DNA of 64,000 nt from an uncultured delta proteobacterium (GTDB lineage Bacteria; Desulfobacterota; RBG-13-43-22), in contig CAWDKY010000017.1 in NCBI GenBank assembly GCA_963802945.1, positions 352,001 through 416,000 of the forward strand, written 5' to 3'. The position numbers and the translations under genes were made by a program. Shown here one piece after another: positions 1 through 6,904 of this stretch (positions are counted from its first letter, which is position 1; each line of letters opens with the position of its first letter). The notes under the pieces were generated by a model. It was not told where the DNA came from. It saw only the letters and a program-made list of their open reading frames with translations, and did not search any database.

Positions 1-303
1 GGGGCCTTGGGATTTTATTTTAAAGGGGTTATTTATGATGCCTGCGGCCTGGTTAGTCCTGAAGCCCATCCCTTTCTGCCGGTTCCGGCTGATCAAAGGC
101 TGAGACCCGCTATAGGCGCCATATCCGCACCATTTTTAAAACAGGTCCATTCAGCATGGGTGGTATCCATGCCTCTTTTTTCCATAAAAAGTCTGAATCC
201 ATCGGACTGGTTCAATAAAAATTATTATGTTTATAAAATCGTCACCTTACCTCGCCCTGTGTGGGGAGATAAAACCGTGATTATTTATAAAAGAAGGCGA
301 TGA
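1..303 (+). CDS. 3' part of a probable membrane glycosyltransferase-like (AftB/GT-C-like) protein, runs in from outside the window
   Basis: Open frame from the window start; GALGFYFKG..YDACGLVSPE resembles the C-terminal G.xGY..D..GL motif of such proteins in surface-glycosylation loci. Confidence 0.45.
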   Translation, partial: GALGFYFKGVIYDACGLVSPEAHPFLPVPADQRLRPAIGAISAPFLKQVHSAWVVSMPLFSIKSLNPSDWFNKNYYVYKIVTLPRPVWGDKTVIIYKRRR

Positions 304-364
304 ATAAATAACTCTTAAAAATTAAATTTTTATCAAACGATCCGGAGGAGGGTTAAGGCCCATC

Positions 365-821
365 CATAATCTGAAATTGTTCTTGGTCAGTTTTGTTATG
401 CTTTTTTTAGAAATCCTGTTGATACGCTAAATATCGACCGAAGTCAGGATCTTTGCTGACCTGGATAATTTGGTTTTACTGGCCTGTTTTTTGGGAATCG
501 GGCTGGGTTGTTATTTTTCCAAGAAGAAGGATAAGGTGCTTCTTACTATCGGTATGCTGCTTATCATCGCCCTTTCGCCGCTTCGGACCAGTTAGAAATA
601 TTACCGACCTAGTAAGCAGGTTTTCCGATTCCGTTATCTGGTATAAGGCCTTTCGAGCCCAAAATTTTATTCCCGCCTTGCAGGGGGCGGCCTTTGGCGG
701 GTTGTTGGAATCCCTTTCTTTTATCACCGGGATTAAGGCCCTGTTGGTGATGGTCTTGTTGCTCTATGTCCTTTCTTATCTCTTTTTGTCTAAGGGAAGG
801 CTGAAGTCCATAACAGGCTGA
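365..821 (+). pseudogene. Internally deleted remnant of a spermidine-synthase-like (SAM-dependent) multi-TM membrane protein
   Basis: N-terminal signature LFLVSFVMLFLEILLIR*ISTEVRIFADLDNLVLLACFLGIGLGCY (in-frame TAA, later frameshift) joined within ~450 bp to the C-terminal signature GAAFGGLLESLSFITGIKALL..LYVLS. Confidence 0.7.
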
Positions 822-1147
822 GAAGAGAATTTATCAAAAGGGATGCAATGAAGGATTGGGAATGGAAAGCTCATTAAAGTTTAGCCCTGTGGTTGATCTC
901 GTCATCATTAAATGATAAAGACGGAGGTAAAATTATATAATGTATTAAAATATATTTACAAAAGAGTAAAATAGAATAAAATATTAAATAAAGGGTAGTG
1001 GTATAATATCAACTTTTTTTGGATATAATTAGGAATTTCAAACTGTTAGTTGATCCAAGGTCTCTATCCGGCCAAAGACTTTAAGTTAAGATTTTTGAGC
1101 TTTGAGCCATGGAGAGCATGATGTCCAAAGGTTTTACCATTATTGAA
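694..1147 (+). repeat. Cassette header, direct repeat copy 1 (pairs with 3945-4392)
   Basis: 694-940 aligns ungapped to 3945-4191 with 9 mismatches in 247 bp; weaker similarity continues through ATGATGTCCAAAGGYTTTACCATTATYGAA. Confidence 0.95.
955..982 (+). promoter_or_regulatory. Putative sigma70 promoter of pilin cassette 1
   Basis: TTTACA-16 bp-TAAAAT, at the position equivalent to the copy-2 promoter. Confidence 0.35.
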
Positions 1148-1588
1148 TTGCTTATAGTGATAATCATTATCGGCAGCCTGGCTGCCGCGGCAATCGTAAG
1201 TTTGTCAAGGCAATCCTCGATAGACCTATTTGCTCAGAGAGATCAAATAGCCCAGGACATCCGTTATACCCAAACCCTGGCCATGACTCAGTCCAACCCG
1301 ACGGGGGGCCGATACAGAATTCTCTTTGGCACTACGTCCTATACGATTTCGCAATACGCTTCCAGTGCCTGGACGGCCATTAAGACCGAAAACCTTACTT
1401 CAGGCATAACCTTTACCAGCAATAATTTCACTAATGGATATGTTGCCTTTGATAGTCTAGGGCAACCGCATAATGGTACCACGAATTCCACGCTGATGAC
1501 CGGAACCGTTACCGTGAGCATTACAGATGGCGTGAATACGAGAACGATCAGTGTAATAGAGAATACCGGGTCGGTAGAAGTCAGTTGA
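1118..1588 (+). CDS. Minor pilin, FimT/GspH/MshC-like (cassette 1, gene 1)
   Basis: Prepilin motif KG|FTIIELLIV with E5; QDIRYTQTLAM; VAFDSLGQP; GGAG RBS before ATG 1118. Confidence 0.9.
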   Translation: MMSKGFTIIELLIVIIIIGSLAAAAIVSLSRQSSIDLFAQRDQIAQDIRYTQTLAMTQSNPTGGRYRILFGTTSYTISQYASSAWTAIKTENLTSGITFTSNNFTNGYVAFDSLGQPHNGTTNSTLMTGTVTVSITDGVNTRTISVIENTGSVEVS

Positions 1589-1599
1589 CTAGGAAGACT

Positions 1600-2118
1600 A
1601 TGAAGAGATTGAGCAAGATAGGACTGAATGATAATCCCTTCTTGTTCCCCTATTTACGAAAGGGGGGTTGGGGGGACTTGGTTGGTCAAAGAGGCCGGGG
1701 AGCGTTATTTCCAGGAAAAAGGGCGGGGCAGGCGGGGTTTACCCTCATTGAGACCGTTATGGCCTTGGTCATTATCATGATCGCCGTCGTAGGCCTCATT
1801 TCCGTTTTCTCAACCTCTATAGCGCGGAGGAGCGGCCCTCAGCCTTTTGAAATTACCATAGGGACCCAGTATGTTCAGGAGGGACTCGAGAAGGTCTACG
1901 CCGATCGGAGGAACTCGTCCAGGGGATTCAGTTATATTATTTCGAGTAATTATCCGAGCGAGCCATCCCTGGGCAGCGGGTATGCACGAACGACAACCAT
2001 AGGCGCCTGGCCGTTTAATACCGACCAGACGACCTACAAGCAGGTTACCGTGCAGGTCACGCATAACAGTGTGACTGTAGCCAGCGGTGTCCTTCTTGTG
2101 GCGAATTATACTTGGTGA
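1600..2118 (+). CDS. Minor pilin, MshD/PilV-like (cassette 1, gene 2) with a long leader
   Basis: QAG|FTLIETVMALVII; C-terminal YKQVTVQV...ANY typical of MshD-like pilins; AGGA RBS before ATG 1600. Confidence 0.85.
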   Translation: MKRLSKIGLNDNPFLFPYLRKGGWGDLVGQRGRGALFPGKRAGQAGFTLIETVMALVIIMIAVVGLISVFSTSIARRSGPQPFEITIGTQYVQEGLEKVYADRRNSSRGFSYIISSNYPSEPSLGSGYARTTTIGAWPFNTDQTTYKQVTVQVTHNSVTVASGVLLVANYTW

Positions 2119-2121
2119 CCT

Positions 2122-2625
2122 GTGAGACAGGATAGGGACAGTTCACAAGCAGGGTTTACCCTCATCGAGATCATAATGGCTATTATAGTTTTCGGCCTGA
2201 TCGCTGGTGCCATTACCCCTATGATTATGTCCGGGGTTAACGCCTATTTTCGGGTTAGGGACGTAACGGATGTGAATACCCGGGCAGAGCTGGCCATGGA
2301 CCGTATGGCCAGAGAGATACGGGACATAGACCCGGCTACCATAACTTCCTATTCATCGAGTCAGCTTTCTTATAATCCCGGCTCCGGCACCATTACCTAT
2401 TCAGTTGCTTCGAATACGCTTAAGAGAACTGTTTCGGGAACAGCAGACGACCTGGCAACCAACGTAACTTCTCTAACCTTTACGTATTACAACCAAAGTT
2501 GGGCCACGCCTTCTGCGGCCAGCAATATCTGGAGTATCCGGTTTGTACCGACCTTTGCGGGAACCTACGAAACGGAATCGATACAAACCACCGTTTTTTT
2601 AAGGGGCGGCGCTAAAACCCGTTAA
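2122..2625 (+). CDS. Minor pilin, MshO/PilW/PulJ-like (cassette 1, gene 3)
   Basis: QAG|FTLIEIIMAII; AELAMDRMAREIR; LATNVTSLTFTYY. Confidence 0.88.
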   Translation: MRQDRDSSQAGFTLIEIIMAIIVFGLIAGAITPMIMSGVNAYFRVRDVTDVNTRAELAMDRMAREIRDIDPATITSYSSSQLSYNPGSGTITYSVASNTLKRTVSGTADDLATNVTSLTFTYYNQSWATPSAASNIWSIRFVPTFAGTYETESIQTTVFLRGGAKTR

Positions 2626-2641
2626 GGGGAAAGGGGAGGCT

Positions 2642-3649
2642 ATGAAGAATAACGCAGGCATTGCTCTTATAACCGCCATAATAATTATTGTTATGATCAG
2701 TGCTCTCGGGGTTGTGATTGGCGTCCTCTTCAGCAGCAAGATGGCCGGCACCCCTAATCATCTCTTGTCCGTCCAGGCCCAGTTTATTGCCGAGGGCGGA
2801 CTTGAGAGGGGGATATACCAGTATACGACGACTTGTTCCGGCTCAACACCTTATGCTGGAGAATCAAATGTCTCTCTGGGAGGGGGGACCTTCACCACGA
2901 CCCTCTATACCACAGATTTTAGTGGCAACGCCCTCACAGGCCAGGAACGCATCCGTTCCACGGCCGCGATTGCCGGGGCTACCAGGGTCGTTGAGCAGAT
3001 CGCCGTCTGCCCTGGTAATAGTGCGGGAATGCGTACAACGGCGAGTACTATCACCGACAACGGAACCGTCAAATGCGGTACGACGACTTGTACTCAGGCC
3101 ATGATAAACAGCGGTACCTGCACCTGCACGGCTGAGAGCGTCCAATCGACAACGATGCCCTCAGTGAGCGTGCCTTCATCACTGAAGACAGGAAGTCACG
3201 GGCCGACCGGAGATACCGCCTGCAGCGCCATTTCTTCTAATGCCACATGGAGTGCAGGAACGTATTACTGTTCCACCTTAAGCATCAACAAAAATGTAAC
3301 CATTACCCTAAGTGGACCGGTGACGCTTTACGTGGGCACCTTTACGGTCAATTCAGGCGATTTGGTTAACACCAGTGGCTCGGCGGCCAACCTCCTCGTT
3401 ATGGTCACGACCGGACTCAATTTCAATAGCACCGGATCATTAACGGGTTATATCTATGCTCCCAGTTTAAGCGTGACTATCAATGGAACTCTGACTGGCG
3501 GGTTGGCGGCAGCAAATATTACCATGAATAGCGGCAGCGTGTTCAGCTATGATGGCACTGCCGGGACAGGAGTCTCAACTTTCAATACGCTTACCGGCGC
3601 CACTGCCGCTCAGACCTACGTCTACTGGCAGGAACTTCCGCCTTCTTGA
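2642..3649 (+). CDS. PilX/MshP-like minor pilin with a large Cys/Thr/Gly-rich C-terminal domain (cassette 1, gene 4)
   Basis: NAG|IALITAIII lacking E5; QAQFIAEGGLERG PilX motif; ends YWQE. Confidence 0.85.
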   Translation: MKNNAGIALITAIIIIVMISALGVVIGVLFSSKMAGTPNHLLSVQAQFIAEGGLERGIYQYTTTCSGSTPYAGESNVSLGGGTFTTTLYTTDFSGNALTGQERIRSTAAIAGATRVVEQIAVCPGNSAGMRTTASTITDNGTVKCGTTTCTQAMINSGTCTCTAESVQSTTMPSVSVPSSLKTGSHGPTGDTACSAISSNATWSAGTYYCSTLSINKNVTITLSGPVTLYVGTFTVNSGDLVNTSGSAANLLVMVTTGLNFNSTGSLTGYIYAPSLSVTINGTLTGGLAAANITMNSGSVFSYDGTAGTGVSTFNTLTGATAAQTYVYWQELPPS

Positions 3650-3799
3650 GAACCGCCCTCATAACGAGGAGAAATTAAGGGACACTTCCCAGGTTTTAAT
3701 CGACAGAGTCCCATTATCAGAGCATAGAGACCTTCAAGGCCGAGAATAGTCAGGAGCATAGCCGCCCAATATCCGCATCACTAAGCCACCATTCTTTCC

Positions 3800-3944
3800 A
3801 TTTGACCGGGGCCGCAGCCGGAAATAGGGTTTCCATAGGGACCTTATCGGGTAGCGCTTCTAACGACTCCGGCGCTGGTTCCAACACCCCAGATTTAGCC
3901 AACGGCTACAACCGGCCGGCATCAATAACTAAAGTGGACGCCAG
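3800..3944 (+). pseudogene. Possible fragment of a further MshD-like pilin, cut off by header copy 2
   Basis: TPDLANGYNRPASITKVDASW resembles EPSLGSGYARTTTIGAW (1600-2118) and GNYTAFSRQVAVTLVNANL (4797-5240); no start or prepilin motif. Confidence 0.35.
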
Positions 3945-4392
3945 TTGGCGGGTTGTTGGAATCCCTTTCTTTTATGACCGGGATTATGGCCCTGTTGGTG
4001 ATGGTCTTGTTGCTCTATGTCCTTTCTTATCTCTTTTTGTCTAAGGGAAGGCTGAAGTCCACAACAGGCTGAGAAGAGGATTTATCAAAAGGGATGCAAT
4101 GAAGGATTGGGAATGGAAGGCTGATAAAAGTTTAGCCCTGTGGTTAATCCCGTCATCATTAAATGATAAAGACGGAGGTAAAATTATATAACTTATCAAA
4201 ATATGTTGACAAAGTAGAATAGAATATGATAAAATTAAACGTAAATGGTTTGTCATTTTTTTCTGGGATATAATTCGGAAATTCACATTGTTAATTGATC
4301 CAAGATCTCTATATGGCCGAAGGCTTTAATGAAAAATTTTTGAGCTTTGGGCCAAGGAGGGCATGATGTCCAAAGGCTTTACCATTATCGAA
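3945..4392 (+). repeat. Cassette header, direct repeat copy 2
   Basis: Offset 3251 from copy 1; carries only the last ~42 codons of the spermidine-synthase-like pseudogene (TGA 4070-4072), the promoter region and the pilin start. Confidence 0.95.
4206..4235 (+). promoter_or_regulatory. Putative sigma70 promoter of pilin cassette 2
   Basis: TTGACA-18 bp-TAAAAT with a TGn extended -10. Confidence 0.5.
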
Positions 4393-4803
4393 GCGATTAT
4401 CGTCATGGCCATTGTCGGCGTCCTGGCTATTGTGACCGTACCCAGATTGATCACTACCAGTACCGTCGCCGCCAATGAGGGGGCTCAGATGATGGCGGCC
4501 GATATCCGCAAGACCCAGGATTTGGCCATGGCGGATACAGCTTCTCATCAAATTCAATTCACCAACGGCAGCAATTCTTATGTCATCGATCCTTCGGGCG
4601 CCAATCCTCAAACCATGACCCTTCCCCAGGGAGTGACTACAACTACGACCACTACCATTACCTTCAGCACCACTGGTGATCCGGGTTTGACAGCAGATAG
4701 CACAATCACAGTCGGCGGGGTGTCGGTCGTGGTCACCCAGAATACAGGCAAGGTGACCGTTGGGGGTAGTACAAGTGGTGGTGGTGGCTCACCAGGATGT
4801 TGA
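4363..4803 (+). CDS. Minor pilin, FimT/GspH/MshC-like (cassette 2, gene 1)
   Basis: MMSKG|FTIIEAII; AADIRKTQDLAM; ITFSTTGDP; AGGAGG RBS. Confidence 0.9.
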   Translation: MMSKGFTIIEAIIVMAIVGVLAIVTVPRLITTSTVAANEGAQMMAADIRKTQDLAMADTASHQIQFTNGSNSYVIDPSGANPQTMTLPQGVTTTTTTTITFSTTGDPGLTADSTITVGGVSVVVTQNTGKVTVGGSTSGGGGSPGC

Positions 4804-5240
4804 GGGTAAAGTTCTTGGGGAAAAATGTAATCAGGATGAAAAGACTACGGATTAAAGGAGAAGTTCTCTCCGGATTCACCCTGATAGAGGTTATGATGCT
4901 TATCGTCCTGACCGGTATCCTGATAACCCCGCTTTTAAGCCCTTTTTTTAACTCGGTTTTGAAGGGTGGTCAACCGGAGCTTGCGGCCACTGCCGCCTTC
5001 TTGGCTGCAGAGCAACTGGAACAACTCCAGACGACCACTTATGGGTGTATTGCCAATGTGGCCAAGGCCTCCCTTACGGGAAATTACACGGCTTTTTCCC
5101 GGCAGGTTGCGGTTACCTTGGTTAATGCCAATTTAACCACTTCAGCCACGGATGTGGGCTATAAAAAGGTAGTGGTTACGGTTTATAATAGTAGCCTACC
5201 GGCCGCCGGAATAAGTATCACCTCCGTTTTTACATATTAA
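4797..5240 (+). CDS. Minor pilin, MshD/PilV-like (cassette 2, gene 2); alternative start 4836
   Basis: SG|FTLIEVMMLIVL; AAFLAAEQLE; GYKKVVVTV. Confidence 0.85.
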   Translation: MLRVKFLGKNVIRMKRLRIKGEVLSGFTLIEVMMLIVLTGILITPLLSPFFNSVLKGGQPELAATAAFLAAEQLEQLQTTTYGCIANVAKASLTGNYTAFSRQVAVTLVNANLTTSATDVGYKKVVVTVYNSSLPAAGISITSVFTY

Positions 5241-5248
5241 GGCACTCA

Positions 5249-5788
5249 ATGAAGATCAGAAAGCAACGCAAACCCTTACCTGGTGACCAGTGGAGAAAAC
5301 CGATGGCCTGTTTCCCTGAACGCCGAACGTTGAACAGGAAACGATACTTTGGTAATCCATACGGCTTCACTATGATTGAGCTCATCATCAGCGTGATGAT
5401 CCTGGGCATCCTGGCGGTTTACACTTTTTCCTTTCTGGGCAACAGCGTAAAGGCTTATGTCGAGATTAAGCAACATAAAATACTTTACGATGAAGCCAGG
5501 CAAGCTATGGAAAAGATGGTTATTGAGACTCGAAATAGCAGCCGCAGCTCTATTACCACCGGGACATCGAGTATCACCTTTACACTTAGCGGTAATAATA
5601 TTACTTATAGTCTTAATGGCACCACCTTGCAAAGGCAGGTGGGCAATAATACCGCCAACAAAGTGGCTGATAACGTTTCTTCCTTTACAACATCCTATAG
5701 TTCGTATGTTAGCCTGGAACTGGTCCTGACCCAGACCGGCATGGGTACGGTCCATTTCCGAACGAGTATTTATCCCTTAAATAGCTGA
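5249..5788 (+). CDS. Minor pilin, MshO/PilW-like (cassette 2, gene 3); alternative start 5303
   Basis: YG|FTMIELIISVMILG; EARQAMEKMVIETR; VADNVSSF; FRTSIYPLN. Confidence 0.88.
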   Translation: MKIRKQRKPLPGDQWRKPMACFPERRTLNRKRYFGNPYGFTMIELIISVMILGILAVYTFSFLGNSVKAYVEIKQHKILYDEARQAMEKMVIETRNSSRSSITTGTSSITFTLSGNNITYSLNGTTLQRQVGNNTANKVADNVSSFTTSYSSYVSLELVLTQTGMGTVHFRTSIYPLNS

Positions 5789-5814
5789 GGTTTGTCTTTG
5801 ATTAGGAACAAAGA

Positions 5815-6594
5815 ATGGAATTGAAAATCAAAAGAAACGAGAAAGGCTTTTCCGTATTTGCTCTGCTGGTAGCCCTTTCTCTTTTAGGGCTTATTGGCTA
5901 TGTTCTGTCCTCTTTAATGTTCAGCCAACAGGAGGCCACCCCTCGTTTCTTGAATTCCAACTGGGCCTTGTATACGGCCCAGGCCGGATTAGAGTGGGGC
6001 CAAGAGTACATCAAGTCTAATTGCAAGACCTTTACGACTAACCCCAGCAGCCTGTTCCCCCAGACCCAATCCTTATCCACCTCGGCCGGGACCTTCTCCT
6101 TCACCGTCAGCTATTCCAGCGGAACCCTAACCTCGACCAGCACGGTGAATAATAGTAGACGATCGGTTGCTTTATCCACCTCCACAATTAACTGTGACAT
6201 CAGCGTGGATCCCGCGCATCCACCCTATTCAAGTACACAGTATGTTTATTTCCCACTTTTAAATAACTCAGGTAGTACGCTTTATCCCTATCAAATAGAC
6301 TTGGCCAAAAGCAGTTCAGCCGCACTAAATCAAATCGATATGCAGTATTTTTCAGCGCCAAATTTATATTGGTCAGGAAGCCAGGTTGCTATATCCACTA
6401 CCTGCACGCCAACGACTTTCCGTTTTAACTCGGTGCCCAACTATAACACCATGTCAACAGGTTCCAATACCAATAACTACCTCAAGCTCCAGGCCACTTC
6501 CCAAACAAGCGGGACCTGGTATATGACCATCCATTATTCCACTAGTTTCTTACTTACCAATCCCAAAACTGTGACCCTTATCTTCGTAATATAA
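5815..6594 (+). CDS. PilX/MshP-like minor pilin with a distinct C-terminal domain (cassette 2, gene 4)
   Basis: EKG|FSVFALLVAL lacking E5; WALYTAQAGLEWG MshP/PilX motif. Confidence 0.85.
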   Translation: MELKIKRNEKGFSVFALLVALSLLGLIGYVLSSLMFSQQEATPRFLNSNWALYTAQAGLEWGQEYIKSNCKTFTTNPSSLFPQTQSLSTSAGTFSFTVSYSSGTLTSTSTVNNSRRSVALSTSTINCDISVDPAHPPYSSTQYVYFPLLNNSGSTLYPYQIDLAKSSSAALNQIDMQYFSAPNLYWSGSQVAISTTCTPTTFRFNSVPNYNTMSTGSNTNNYLKLQATSQTSGTWYMTIHYSTSFLLTNPKTVTLIFVI

Positions 6595-6628
6595 TATCTT
6601 GATAAGTCTCTTTGTTTTATTCGAGTAA

Positions 6629-6744
6629 GTCGTAAAAAGTCGTCATTCCTTCTGGCGAAAGCCGGGGTCCAGAACCAGTCAATATTTTTAGATTCTGGCT
6701 GGAGCCGGAATGAATTCTGAAGGTCTTCCCAAAGTTTTTACGAA
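6629..6744. mobile_element. MITE/REP-like element, family 2 (degenerate)
   Basis: Ends TCGTAAAAAG...GTTTTTACGA are inverted; internal GTCATTCC..GGCGAAAGCCGGGGTCCAG...GCCGGAATGA hairpins. Confidence 0.6.
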
Positions 6745-6904
6745 GCTGTTAATAGGGCTGTTCCTTTTATCCATCCTGACCATAATCCACATCTTGTATA
6801 ATGATTAGAAAAATATACCAGATATTGAGTTTTTTCTTGACTTTTACCCTTTTTGAAAGTACATAATATTCAAGCGAGAAAGTATCCATTAGCCAAGGAG
6901 ACTC

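Noticed and set aside
694-4392. Header repeats as a DGR template/variable pair or as shufflon sites
   Set aside because: Mismatches are not adenine-specific (C/G and T/C changes occur), there is no reverse transcriptase, the repeats are direct rather than inverted, and no recombinase is adjacent.
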